In this document: piece by piece, positions 12,142-23,212 of the stretch
Numbering within the stretch: the stretch's first letter is position 1
How the letters are laid out: each line of letters starts with the position of its first letter
Assembly: GCA_963695345.1 (NCBI GenBank)
Contig: OY968769.1
Span: 2,176,001-2,240,000 of the forward strand
Length of the DNA: 64,000 nt
Source: an uncultured Methanomassiliicoccales archaeon
GTDB lineage: Archaea; Thermoplasmatota; Thermoplasmata; Methanomassiliicoccales; UBA472
Direction of reading: 5' to 3'
Translations under genes and position numbers: made by a program
Notes under the pieces: model-generated
Databases searched by the model: none
Told to the model about the DNA's origin: nothing
What the model saw: the letters and a program-made list of their open reading frames with translations, nothing else

Positions 12142-12308
12142 AACAGGAATCGAGACTTATGGTGGACGTCCGAAACATCGCTCAACTCAATATGTAGGAA
12201 GAAAATTCAATATTTAATTTCTATTTGTCGTTAATATCTGCTCCGTGATTATACGTTTTGAAAACCGGCTAGGCAAATTTATAACATGACCTATTTATTG
12301 AATTTGAT

Positions 12309-12893
12309 ATGCCCAACATTACCAAAACAGAGCTATGCAAAGTACCATTCATCTTTGAGGAGACAGAACATCTGTTGCGACAGAATGGGATCACTTGCGT
12401 CGAGGACCTGATGGCCAAGAACATCGTCCACTTCGTTGAGGAGTGCCGTTCGAATCCAGAGAACAGGGAATCTGACCGGTGGAAGCTGCTGAATGCCATC
12501 TCCATGGTCCGGGAGTTCGGGGCTCGGGAGAACGGTCTGGTTCCTCCATCCGATTTCGTTTCCCAACTGCTGTCCATACCAAGCGTTTCCAGAACGACCG
12601 TGAATCAACTGGCCTCCGTCGGGATAAACAGTTACGAGGGATTGGGGATCACCGGGATCAACGACTTCGCACCGAGGGCCCAGAAGATCGTCTTCGATGT
12701 CCTTGCGATCAGCCCCCTAACTCCTGAGGAGACCGCCAAACTGTGGTCCGAGACCCTTGCCGTGTGCATGTACGCCGCCTACGGATACTGGGAACAGGAG
12801 CCAGGCCAGGTGTTCATGACCCTGGGGTCAAGTCCCTTTCAGGCCGGAAGACACCTCCCCCCAGCCAGCAAAGTCGCATCATATCAGTCGTAA
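12309..12893 (+). CDS. Hypothetical protein with two helix-hairpin-helix-like repeats (DUF4332/TfoX_C-like)
   Basis: Repeats ELCKVPFIFEETEHLLRQNGITCVEDL and QLLSIPSVSRTTVNQLASVGINSYEGL. TTTATAA box about 30 nt upstream. Confidence 0.6.
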   Translation: MPNITKTELCKVPFIFEETEHLLRQNGITCVEDLMAKNIVHFVEECRSNPENRESDRWKLLNAISMVREFGARENGLVPPSDFVSQLLSIPSVSRTTVNQLASVGINSYEGLGITGINDFAPRAQKIVFDVLAISPLTPEETAKLWSETLAVCMYAAYGYWEQEPGQVFMTLGSSPFQAGRHLPPASKVASYQS

Positions 12894-13208
12894 GGAAAAG
12901 AAGAGGCAGGCGGCCGGGAGAAGGGGCCAATGACCCGGGGCCCAAAACACATTATTCATCCTTTCATTTCCTTTTCGCATTTTTCACATTGCCTCTAGCA
13001 ACGACCATCTATCTATGGTGCACCAAGAGAACCAGCATCCTGACCGTTGCAGCATCCTTCCCCTCGTAATATGATGGTTCGCTCCGACACGATTAGCACC
13101 TCAGGGTCGGTGTGAAAACTTGACTTTTCAACCCTGAGTGCATTAACGATATCTAGTGGTGTAAAACTTATTACTTCAGTCGTTTTACCCCTACGGACAG
13201 GGCGAAAG

Positions 13209-14324
13209 ATGACCAAGATACTGTTTATGATCGCCTGCCTAAGGGCCGGAGGGTCCGAGGCATACCTGCTCAATCTGGTAAAGAACATTGATCAGAAGCG
13301 CTTCCAGGTAACGGTATGGTGCGAAGGTGAATGGGGTCCTGCCGGGGACGACCTGATAAAGGCTGGAGCCACCGTATTCCAGCGCCGTCTGAGCGCTCGG
13401 CCGGGCGACATCATAAAGGCCGTTCGTTACATCCGGAGGGAACGTTTCGACATAGTCCATTCATTGAAGTACGGGCCATCCTACATCGATCCCCTGGTCA
13501 CCAAGATGGCCCGGGTCAAGGTCTTCGTCGGTTCCCGTAGGAACCTGCCGCACTGGGTCACTTCGATGCGGATAACCAACCCGGACCGGATCCGTAACTC
13601 GATGACCGACCACATCATCGCCAACTCAAAAACGGTCAAGGATATCACGGTCAGGGTGGAGAAGTTCTCGGAGGATGAGGTCTCGGTCATCTACAACGGG
13701 GTCGACCTCGTGTCCGTGGATGCCATTACCCAGGAATCAGGACAGAACTACCGGAAAACGCTGGAGATCCCGCCCACCGCATTCGTGATCGGGAACGTCG
13801 CCGACCTCCGTGAACCCAAGGGTCAATCATTTCTTCTCCGGGCCTTCGCAGACGTCGTTCGAAGAACTGAAGAGGACGTCTACCTGATAATCCAAGGTCA
13901 AGGCCCTCTGGAATCGAGCCTCCGATCGCTGGCGAAGGAACTGGGCATCGAAGGCCGGGTGAAGATAGACACAACGCGCCAAAACAGGCTGGAGGTCATT
14001 CGGTCTTTCCAGGTGTTCGTTCTACCAAGCCTGACGGAGAGGTTCCCCAACCCTCTCGTAGATACCATGGCCATGTCATTGCCGTGCATAGCGACCGACG
14101 TGGGAGCCATCCCTGAGGTCGTTGTCAATGGCGTCACCGGCCTGATCGTGCCGGCCAAATCCGTCGAACAGATGGCCGAAGCGATCCTCAAGGTCATCGG
14201 GGATCCCTCAATGGCCAAGGACTTCGGGGCTCGGGGTCGAGAGTTCGTTGAGAGGCAGTTCACCGTTAGACAGATGGGGCTGGAGCATGAGCGGGTTTAC
14301 GATGAGCTGCTCAAGAAACGGTGA
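13209..14324 (+). CDS. Glycosyltransferase family 4 (GT-B)
   Basis: GGSE N-terminal motif, IYNGVD, KG motif, FVLPS-ERFPNPLVDTMA and TDVG. Confidence 0.9.
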   Translation: MTKILFMIACLRAGGSEAYLLNLVKNIDQKRFQVTVWCEGEWGPAGDDLIKAGATVFQRRLSARPGDIIKAVRYIRRERFDIVHSLKYGPSYIDPLVTKMARVKVFVGSRRNLPHWVTSMRITNPDRIRNSMTDHIIANSKTVKDITVRVEKFSEDEVSVIYNGVDLVSVDAITQESGQNYRKTLEIPPTAFVIGNVADLREPKGQSFLLRAFADVVRRTEEDVYLIIQGQGPLESSLRSLAKELGIEGRVKIDTTRQNRLEVIRSFQVFVLPSLTERFPNPLVDTMAMSLPCIATDVGAIPEVVVNGVTGLIVPAKSVEQMAEAILKVIGDPSMAKDFGARGREFVERQFTVRQMGLEHERVYDELLKKR

Positions 14325-14579
14325 GAACGGTCGGCCCGCCAATGCCAAAGGCCTTCCGATATTGCGATAATCATGCCTTAGGGAAACGTTTGGAAAAAAT
14401 GGCCGAGGGATCGCAAACATTCGGATGTTTTTCATCGTCAACCATGAATCTCGGGATTGCCTCAACAGCGGTTAAAAAATCCATCTGACCTAAACGGAAT
14501 TAGATTTTTTCATAGTTAACGTTTTAATGCCATAGCGGATTCAGATATATCGGTCGCAGTTATAAAACGGTGCCAATAT

Positions 14580-17531
14580 ATGATCAGGACGATCTACATC
14601 GACGACGAGCCTCTGTTGCTCGAGCTCGCCAAGGACTTCATCGAGGACGGCGTCGAATTCACCATGGACACCACGACGTCCGTCGACGAGGCCATCAGAA
14701 GGGTCATGGACGGGGACTATGACGCTGTGATCTGCGACTATCAGATGCCCGCGATGAACGGCGTCGAATTCCTGAAGGCGCTTCGTTCCAAGGGTGACGT
14801 GACCCCCTTCGTGCTTTTCACTGGCCGCGGTCGTGAGGAGGTGGTGATCGACGCCCTCAACAACGGGGTGGATTTCTACCTGAAAAAGGGAGGCGAACCC
14901 TCCTCTCAATTTGCGGAACTCAAGAATCTTCTCATCCAGATGTCCCGCCGCCGGCAGGCGGAGGACGCCATGACCCACAATGCGCGCCGTTTCCGGGCGA
15001 TGATCGAGAATTCCATGGACATCATCGGTGTCATGGACCGGAACAGCACCCTCCGGTATGTATCGCCGTCCATCTCCAAGATATTGGGGTATTCGGTGGA
15101 CGAGGTCATCGGGACCAATCTGCAGACCTATTCGCATCCGGACCTGGTGGAGAATCTGGGCAAGGCGATCCAGACCATAAAGATGGGCCGGACCGAGCGC
15201 TACGAGATATCCCTGCGCCATAAGAACGGCACCTACCGCCTGATAGACGCCTCGATCGCCGTCATGCCGACCGAGCTCGGTCCGAACCAGATCGTGGTGA
15301 ACGGCCGTGACATCACCGAGCGCCGGAAAAAGGAGGACGAGCTCCGGCATTCGGAGGAGATGGTGCGCTACATTGTCGGACATGCGCCCAATTCCATGGC
15401 CATCCAGGATATGGAGCTGCGCTATCTGATGGTATCCGACCAGTATCTTGCCGATTTCGATCTCTACGACCGTGACGTGATCGGGAGAAGGCCCATGGAG
15501 GTCTTCAACCGCATTCCAGACGATTGGCACGACATCTGCGACAAGGCCTTGTCTGGCAAGACCATGAAGGGGCAGCTCGCTTTCCCCCTGGAGAACCGAA
15601 CGGAGAACATCATCTATGACGTGCGCCCCTGGCATGACGTCTCCGGGGAAGTGGGCGGACTGGTCACATACATCGAATCCAGACCGGGCAGTCAAGCCTT
15701 CAACGATGAGCTGGCCCGATCAGAACAGAGATACCAATTGCTGGCCGACAACGTGAAGGACGTCATCTGGACCCTGGACACGGATGGCCATATCACATAT
15801 GTCTCGCCATCCGTCATGCAGCTCCGCGGCTTTACCGCGGAGGAGGTAATGGCCCAGGGCATCGAGAAGGCCCTGACGCCCGAATCGTTGAGAAGGGTGA
15901 GGCAGCTCCTCAGCGACGGAGTGGATGTTTTCAAACGCACCGGACGCTTCCCGGAAGGCACCACGGAGCTAGAGCATCCAAGGAAGGATGGCACCACGGT
16001 GTGGACCGAGGTTAGCGCCGGAGGGCTTTACGATCATGAGGGGAAGTTCGTATCCATACTCGGAGTGAGCCGGGACATCACCGATCGCCGCCATGCAGAG
16101 ATGGCCCTCCACGCCTCCGAGGAGAGGTTCCGGGCCTTGTTCGAGAATTCCCAGCTGGGAACGTTCATCATCGACCTGGATGGCCGGTTCCTGGAATCCA
16201 ATCAGCTCTTCTGTGACATGCTTGGCTACGAAATGGGAGACCTGATGGGACTGAGCCTGAACGATGTGACCCTGCCCCCGCTGGACGTCAAACGGACGGT
16301 GGCGGTGCGCCGGCTGCTGGAGCAGAACCTGGATACCACCGACGCCGAGTCGGACTTCCGGCGCAAGGACGGCAAGATGTGGAACGGGACCATGTCCCTG
16401 ACCGTGCTCAAGGACCAGAACGGGGTAAAGCGCAATCTGTTGGGCATGCTCCACAGCGTCACCCCCGAGAAGGAGTCGGAAGAAGGGCTGGCGGAATCGG
16501 AAAGACGTTTCCGGACGCTTTTCCAGAACACTCAGCTGGCCATTACCATCGCCGGACTGGGGGGCGAGATCGTGGAGACCAACGATCAGTTCGCCAAGAT
16601 GATGGGCTATCCTCAGGAGGACCTCAAAGGAAAGAACATCTACGACCTGTTCACGCCCCGGATTCGCCCCGAGGAATCCGAACTGGTCAACTCGCTCCTC
16701 AAACACCAGGCGGACAAGGCCAACGTCGACAGGCACTGGGTGCGCAAGGACGGGAGCATGTGGTGGGGACATGTGGTGGGGTCGCTACTCTATGACGACC
16801 AGGGCATCCCGAAACACATTCTGGCGGTAATAGTGGACATCACCGAGCGCAAGAACTCGGAGATGAAGATGGCCATAGCCAACCGCAAGCTGACATTGCT
16901 GGGGGACCTGACCCGCCACGATGTCAAGAACCGGCTCTCGGCGATGTCCGGGTTCATGCAGCTGGCCGACATGAAGGAGACCGATCCCCAGATCAAGTCA
17001 TACCTCACCAAGGCCTCCCAGCTGGCAACCGATATCGCCGCCCAGATGGACTTCACCAAGGAGTATCAAGGCTTGGGATCGCAGGAAGCGACCTGGATAT
17101 CGCTGTCTCAGGAATGTTTCTCGCCCAACTCCGGAATGGACCTGGGCAACATCGCACTGGAATACGACCTTAGCGGTCTGGAGATATTCGCGGACCCCAT
17201 GGTCCCCAAGGGTTTCCGGAACATCATTGAGAACGCATGCAAGCACGGGGAGCATGTGAGCAAGATCGCCCTCAGCTTCCGTGAGGTGGAATGGGGCCTG
17301 GAGCTCATTTTCGAGGACAACGGGATCGGCATTCCCGACAGCGAGAAGCAGATGATCTTCGAATGGGGCTACAAGAACCGGATGGGCCACGGACTGCACT
17401 TCGTCTCCGAGCTATTGGCGATCACCGGCATGTCGATCAAGGAAACGGGCGAGTACCGGAAGGGGGCCAGGTTCGAGATATTCGTACCGAGCGGTTCCTA
17501 CCGGATCGTTGGAAAGACCGAATTGCACTAG
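14580..17531 (+). CDS. Hybrid sensor histidine kinase REC-(PAS)x5-HisKA-HATPase
   Basis: N-terminal receiver (IDDE, CDYQMP), repeated PAS/PAC blocks ending (R)DITERK, H-box RHDVKN, ENACKH, DNGIGI and GHGL. Confidence 0.93.
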   Translation: MIRTIYIDDEPLLLELAKDFIEDGVEFTMDTTTSVDEAIRRVMDGDYDAVICDYQMPAMNGVEFLKALRSKGDVTPFVLFTGRGREEVVIDALNNGVDFYLKKGGEPSSQFAELKNLLIQMSRRRQAEDAMTHNARRFRAMIENSMDIIGVMDRNSTLRYVSPSISKILGYSVDEVIGTNLQTYSHPDLVENLGKAIQTIKMGRTERYEISLRHKNGTYRLIDASIAVMPTELGPNQIVVNGRDITERRKKEDELRHSEEMVRYIVGHAPNSMAIQDMELRYLMVSDQYLADFDLYDRDVIGRRPMEVFNRIPDDWHDICDKALSGKTMKGQLAFPLENRTENIIYDVRPWHDVSGEVGGLVTYIESRPGSQAFNDELARSEQRYQLLADNVKDVIWTLDTDGHITYVSPSVMQLRGFTAEEVMAQGIEKALTPESLRRVRQLLSDGVDVFKRTGRFPEGTTELEHPRKDGTTVWTEVSAGGLYDHEGKFVSILGVSRDITDRRHAEMALHASEERFRALFENSQLGTFIIDLDGRFLESNQLFCDMLGYEMGDLMGLSLNDVTLPPLDVKRTVAVRRLLEQNLDTTDAESDFRRKDGKMWNGTMSLTVLKDQNGVKRNLLGMLHSVTPEKESEEGLAESERRFRTLFQNTQLAITIAGLGGEIVETNDQFAKMMGYPQEDLKGKNIYDLFTPRIRPEESELVNSLLKHQADKANVDRHWVRKDGSMWWGHVVGSLLYDDQGIPKHILAVIVDITERKNSEMKMAIANRKLTLLGDLTRHDVKNRLSAMSGFMQLADMKETDPQIKSYLTKASQLATDIAAQMDFTKEYQGLGSQEATWISLSQECFSPNSGMDLGNIALEYDLSGLEIFADPMVPKGFRNIIENACKHGEHVSKIALSFREVEWGLELIFEDNGIGIPDSEKQMIFEWGYKNRMGHGLHFVSELLAITGMSIKETGEYRKGARFEIFVPSGSYRIVGKTELH

Positions 17532-18425
17532 ATGCGACGGTAGAGCCAATTTGGCGCCTGAGCCCAATCTCCCCCTCAACATGAGTGAACCGTGCGCCAA
17601 TGGGATGAAAACATGATTTGTATTCTTAACATGCCCTAAACGATCCGTGGCCGTCTTGCCGCTCAATTAGCTTGGAAAACGAATGGTCGAGAAATCTTAT
17701 CTCAGAAAACAAGTTATCATTTTTTCTTCAATATTAGGCAAATCTTCAAAATATTCCATTATGATTTATCCTTAAAGGCCTTAAATCCAAAACAACGAAT
17801 CATTTGTTATCATGTTGAAACAATTTTGGTCCATATGCAAGAAATAAACGGGGCAACAAGATGGCGTTGTTATCATTATTCTTCTCCGAAAATGATAGCC
17901 AGACATGGTATTCCTGTCAGGTAGATGGTTTAAGTGCAAGTGTGGTGGTAAAAACCCTTTTAACCCTCCTGTGCCATAAGGAGAATGCGCGTCCGATCGG
18001 GACCTTCTCCAACTTCCCCACGTTTCTGATAGAATCCGGTCGGGCGCGTCATCCCTCTGCTATTGTTTTGTAGAATGAACCGTCAAAATGACGGGAATCC
18101 TCGATTGTCGCCGCGCTGCATGGCCTGCACAACGATGAAACAGAATTGTTCTGCCCGGTGAAGCGTTCGCGGGGGATTCACATTGACGGAGATTCGAAAT
18201 CGACGTTGGAAAATTTTCAATGTGTTGTTTGATCCGTCGTGGTTCCGAGATCCCATGCCGTCCGATCATGACCGTCGGATTAGAATCGTCCCAATACGCT
18301 TGATGAGAACAGCGCGCCTATCGTTCGGCATAGGTTGCACATGAAGACAAGGTTGGATTGCCGGGGTCATGGATTCTCAACCTCCGGTCGGTCATCAGGT
18401 GATCATCCTTCATATTCAGATGGGC

Positions 18426-19281
18426 CTAGGTCTCGAATCTTACCAGTCCGTCAGGTTCCACCTTCCAGTGGCATTTGACACATTCCTCCTGTGCGACAGT
18501 TATCACCTTGCCGCACATAGGGCAACGGCCGAGCGCTTCGACCTTGATCGGATCATAGACTTCCTGTCCGACCGGTTTGGGCTCGGCGATCTCCACCGGT
18601 TCGACTTCTTTCTTACGTGTCGGTTCCTTTACCGTCTGGGATATCGGAGCCGCCTCGACCTTGGCATATGGTCCCGCCTCGGATGGCGGTGTCACCCCCC
18701 CGGTCACGGCTGGCTGGATAGGTTTGATCAGGGACGATCCCCGTTTCTCTTTTGGAATGATCACATTCCCCTTCTTCTTGACCGGTTCAGCCGTTCGCTT
18801 CGCTGCCTGGACAGGTTTTTTCTCCCGGTTCTGTTGGTCGGCCGTCGTTCTTTGACCCGGCAGTTACTTTGGTCTCGACCTGGCCGTCACGCTGGTTCGG
18901 TTTCGGAATCTTCCCCTTGACCGTCCCTGGCGTTTTTGGGACAGGCTTCTTCCCTCCGCTGCGGATAAGGTCGGTGAAGCTTACGTCGGTCTCATTCCCC
19001 CGGATCCGCCAGCGATAATCTGCAACGGTCAGGAATATGATGAGGACGCCCAAGAGAGCTATGACGAGCATGACCACATAGACGTTTGGATCGACGGTGT
19101 AAACGAGCTCCTGACCATCCTTGACGACAACGTTTCCTTCCATTATCTTCAGGATGGCGAAGATGATGATACCTGCCGCCAACAGAGCAACGCCTATTCC
19201 CAGGTTGATCTTATGGCGCCTGTTCATTCGGGTTCTCGCGGCCGGGGCTTTCATTATCGGTCTCTTCGTCTCTTTTGTCAT
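18426..19281 (-). CDS. Hypothetical 2-TM protein with Lys/Pro-rich tail and C-terminal zinc ribbon (frameshift near 18857)
   Basis: ORFs 18787-19287 and 18426-18764 join with a +1 shift. The C-terminus carries CPMCG...CVKC. Confidence 0.6.
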
Positions 19282-19288
19282 GGTCACC

Positions 19289-19786
19289 TTACGATCGTCT
19301 GCGCCAGGGCGCCTTGAAAAGGAGGTATCCGTCCTGGTCCATCGTGACGGTCACATCCACCGGGCCGTCCAGCCGTGATGTCGACGCGTTCGGACGGCGC
19401 AAAGGGTGCCGGCCCCAGACGCGCAGGCGAACGCCGTTGTTCTTCTCCACCGATCTCTGCAGCGGTTCAAGGCTGTGGTCATCGGTCTCCTTCGCCGCGC
19501 AATTGATGGCCTTTCCCACTTCGATGACAATCGTTTCAGCGAGTTCGATGTCCCGGAGTTCCTTCGCGGCATCCTCTCCTGGGTTGACCATGCCGATAAC
19601 GACATCGGTGCCCCGGTCGAGCTGGTTGCTATGGGCCGCCAGGTGTCGTAAGATGAAGCCCCGTTCAATGCAGGTGGGGTTCGCCTTGGATGCTGGCGAC
19701 CAAAAGACGATCACTCCCTGACCGGTCATGATCGTCGATAGCGGTGTGTCCGGAGCGGTGCGGAAGGTGATGTCAATGACATGCAT
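19289..19786 (-). CDS. Hypothetical protein
   Basis: 165-aa ORF with plausible globular composition, ending just before the next gene on the same strand. No motif recognised. Confidence 0.5.
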   Translation of the reverse strand: MHVIDITFRTAPDTPLSTIMTGQGVIVFWSPASKANPTCIERGFILRHLAAHSNQLDRGTDVVIGMVNPGEDAAKELRDIELAETIVIEVGKAINCAAKETDDHSLEPLQRSVEKNNGVRLRVWGRHPLRRPNASTSRLDGPVDVTVTMDQDGYLLFKAPWRRRS

Positions 19787-20464
19787 CTGAGGAATGGAAG
19801 AGCATGCGGGGATAAGAGAGCTATGGTCTGATTCATTCCATGCATCCGTTGGCGATTTGCCGATGGCACCGAAAAATCCGATGACCTCTCCGGATACAGA
19901 GGAAAGGAACCGACATCAAGCAGAATCTGAAGACCTTTCGATGATTATATCTCGTTCGTTAGAATTATTTGCATCATAAGCTTTTTTTATAGTTTTTCGT
20001 ATTATAATTAGTTTGTAATAATTAATATTATCAAATATAATATCAAGGGTTCTATCAGTGTCGTTATCAAAAATGCAATTATATACTTAAAATCAAAATT
20101 GAATTTCCGATAATATGACGAAAATATTGCACATATACCGTTTTAATAGCGTAAATTAGACCGAAACATCGTAATAGCCTAAAGGCGTTTTTATATCGGA
20201 AATTGATAGATTCGGAATCAATTATGATTCTCAGATGTCCGGGTTTAATAACTCAAAATAGGGTTGCTTTTTCCTAGTCGACTAACCAAAAGCATTGACC
20301 AAAGTCGACAATCAAGGCCGCGTTCAACCCTCTTAGCCCAGTCCGACCAGATATCGACGAACAAACTGAACGAAAAGGTTCGTCATGGAACAAGGATCGT
20401 ACGCGAGGGCGGTTATCGGAACGAGGACCAGCCTAACAAATCACCAAGAAAGACGGTCGTTACT

Positions 20465-21889
20465 ATGATCAAGACCAAGTTCGATAGAAGGTCCTTAATG
20501 TTGCTCACACTCCTAGTGGTGGGAGCATTCCTGGGCACATCCGTGGGTGCGGCAGTGTTCGTCGAAGGTCAGGAGGGCACTCTATCAGCCTCTGAGACCG
20601 GTACTGTCGTCATAGAAGCGGCTTACGTCATTTTCAAGGATACCGCGGGCTACACGTGCGCCAAGAACACGACGACCCAGGCGATCGAATTCAAAGATAC
20701 CAATGCAAAACTCATAATCCAGAAGGCCATCGACAGGGCATCGTTCGGCAATGTATGGATCAGGGCCGGTACATATGACATCTCCGCGACGATCTATTCA
20801 TGGTCGACCTCCATCACCGGTGACGGCAACGGGACCATCCTGAAGGCAACCAGCGGCCTGAAGGGAGCGGTCCTCCGTGTGTCCAATGAATACTACAAGG
20901 CCGATGGAACCCTGGTAATGCCCAAGGCGATCGTCGCCGAGAACCGGCCGAATGGTGTGACCATCAGCAACATGCAGATCGACGGCAACAAAGCGGTCCG
21001 GGCTAACGGCGATGGGATGGTCGGGATAGGTTTCATAGACGTCACAAACTGCCATATCCGGGGCGTCTATGCCCACGACATAATAAACGGTCAGGGCTTC
21101 TACATGACCAACTCGCATTACTGCACCATCAGGGATTGTTCGACCTATAACATCGGGGACGACCTTCTGGTAAACTACGGGTCCGGCATCGCCTTCGGTG
21201 AGGCCAGCCAAACCAAGGTCGCAAGTTCGCACATCCTGATCGATAATGTGAAGATCGTCAAATCGTCCATGTCCGCGATAGACCTGGAGCCGGCCAACAA
21301 CATCACCATTACCAACTGCCAGTTCCTAGGTGCCGCAACCTACAACGGATACCCGACCCCGGTTATCACGATGTACGCTCTCAAGGGTTACCTGCCGAAC
21401 GACAACATCATGATCAGCGGCAACCATGTCTATGGAGCGTTCTCCGAGTTCGTCATACTGACCCCGAGCAACTATTCTATCATCACCAATAATATCGTGA
21501 CGTACACCGCCAGCAACGCCATCGCCATCTATTCGACCTCCTCGCACGACAACAAGATCACCGGCAACATCATCAATACGGTCTCGAAGGATGCCTTCGC
21601 CGCTCTGAACTGCAACTCATGCCTGGTCAGCGATAACACCTTCACCGACATCATGACGTCGAAGAACGACTACGGCATCAGGTTCCTGGCCACGACCGGC
21701 ACATCCTACTACAATGTCGTCAGGGGCAACCAAATAACCGGATTCCAATACGCCATCTGCGAAGTGACCGGAACCAATCATATCGTGGTCACCGGCAATG
21801 TGATCAAGTCATGCACCGTGGGCACGTATCTGAAAGGAACGGATATCTACCGGAGCGGGAACATTCTGAACGGCGCAAGCGAGCTGTGA
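20465..21889 (+). CDS. Secreted right-handed parallel beta-helix (pectin-lyase-like) protein
   Basis: Signal-like N-terminus, IQKAID...AGTY...GDGNGTIL cap, and many Asn/Ile/Gly PbH1-like repeats. Confidence 0.85.
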   Translation: MIKTKFDRRSLMLLTLLVVGAFLGTSVGAAVFVEGQEGTLSASETGTVVIEAAYVIFKDTAGYTCAKNTTTQAIEFKDTNAKLIIQKAIDRASFGNVWIRAGTYDISATIYSWSTSITGDGNGTILKATSGLKGAVLRVSNEYYKADGTLVMPKAIVAENRPNGVTISNMQIDGNKAVRANGDGMVGIGFIDVTNCHIRGVYAHDIINGQGFYMTNSHYCTIRDCSTYNIGDDLLVNYGSGIAFGEASQTKVASSHILIDNVKIVKSSMSAIDLEPANNITITNCQFLGAATYNGYPTPVITMYALKGYLPNDNIMISGNHVYGAFSEFVILTPSNYSIITNNIVTYTASNAIAIYSTSSHDNKITGNIINTVSKDAFAALNCNSCLVSDNTFTDIMTSKNDYGIRFLATTGTSYYNVVRGNQITGFQYAICEVTGTNHIVVTGNVIKSCTVGTYLKGTDIYRSGNILNGASEL

Positions 21890-22192
21890 TCCCGGCGCCT
21901 TCCCTTCTTATCTGAGAAACAAACATCCGGAAGACCTGGCCCAGCGCAATAGGCAGGGCAGGAAGTTATTTCTCCAATAGTTCTGCCCGCCGATCAACCA
22001 TGGCCATATTGATCGGACCAGGTGAGGGAGGGATGGGCCATAGATGATCATGGTCCGATGCAAACGGATCAAGGTGCTCACTTTCTTCTAACCAGTGTTC
22101 GAGTATCAGACCGAAACGAGTGAACCGGCGGACGGCAGACCAGGAACTATCGGATTCACAATGGCACGCTATGCGGGATCAGACGAATTGGC

Positions 22193-23089
22193 CTAGTCAA
22201 ATATCCGCATCTCGTCCGTGCAAATGCAGGGTTTCCTGGTGGTCTTCCAGATCTCCTCTGCCTGTTTTGTGTTGCTTTCCACGTAATATTTGATCGGAGT
22301 GGATTTTATCACTCCGCTCTTATAGGCGGCCGTCTCATTTCCATCCGGTTTGCTCGACACGTTCCACATTACCAGATTCTTATACCTGACACCGTGGTCC
22401 TTCAGCCATTTCTCTGTCTCCGGGCGGTATTTCTCGGGCCTCGAGGTGATGATGTAATCGATCTCGAACTCGGGGATCAGGTACGGTCGGGCGGTCCTCA
22501 AGAATTCTAGGTATCTCTCCTCGTTCTTGAGGTCCGGACATTCTTCGCAGAGCACTCCGTCGATATCAAAGCCGACCGGGCCGAACTTAAAATGCATCAC
22601 GTTCCACTGGTATATCTGATACCCGTCTATGGATGCCCCATAGGTGTCCACCATGTTCTTGGTGTTGCTGCTGGCGAACAGTACGCCCCGGTAGACCGCG
22701 GCCTGAGGGTACAGTGCTTTGATCCTCTCGGCGGCGGTATTGATCGATTTTCCGGTCGATATGCAATCGTCAACGACCAGAATGCTATGAATCGGCTTCA
22801 GGCTGATGGACTTGCTCGTCCACACAATATTCTCCGGCGTGGCCAAAGGCTTCCCCAATTTGGTGGCGATCATGCACGCGACCAGCAGCCCGCTGCGCGG
22901 CACTCCCACGATCAGGTCGTACTGCCTATCGAAATTCCTTACCCATTGGTCGACATAGGCGGCCATTTCCATATTGTTTATGAAACTGGGGTTGCCGTAC
23001 TGTATCTTCTCGAACACCCTTACTGGCAGATCGAACTTGCCGACAAGATACCTATCCTTGAGACCGTTGAATCTAGCTAACATAGACAT
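22193..23089 (-). CDS. Type I phosphoribosyltransferase fused to HAD-like domain
   Basis: IVGVPRSG and PRPP-loop LVVDDCISTGKS, then HAD motif FDIDGVL and ITSR. Confidence 0.82.
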   Translation of the reverse strand: MSMLARFNGLKDRYLVGKFDLPVRVFEKIQYGNPSFINNMEMAAYVDQWVRNFDRQYDLIVGVPRSGLLVACMIATKLGKPLATPENIVWTSKSISLKPIHSILVVDDCISTGKSINTAAERIKALYPQAAVYRGVLFASSNTKNMVDTYGASIDGYQIYQWNVMHFKFGPVGFDIDGVLCEECPDLKNEERYLEFLRTARPYLIPEFEIDYIITSRPEKYRPETEKWLKDHGVRYKNLVMWNVSSKPDGNETAAYKSGVIKSTPIKYYVESNTKQAEEIWKTTRKPCICTDEMRIFD

Positions 23090-23212
23090 AATCAAACTAC
23101 CAAGGGACAGGGGATTTCAATACCTCAGGGCTCTAAATACTTTTCTTCATGAATGCATCGACCAGTGCCTCACCTTCGGGCGAATAACTGATCATGACAA
23201 TCTGGTCCGACC

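Noticed and set aside
14541-15695. Long antisense ORFs (also 57472-58719, 29025-30131, 6017-6892, 7301-8059)
   Set aside because: These are shadows of GC-rich coding frames on the opposite strand and carry no motifs.
20465-20560. Twin-arginine (Tat) motif DRRSLM
   Set aside because: The paralogue has NGRSLT at the same position, so the RR pair is not conserved. Export route left open.
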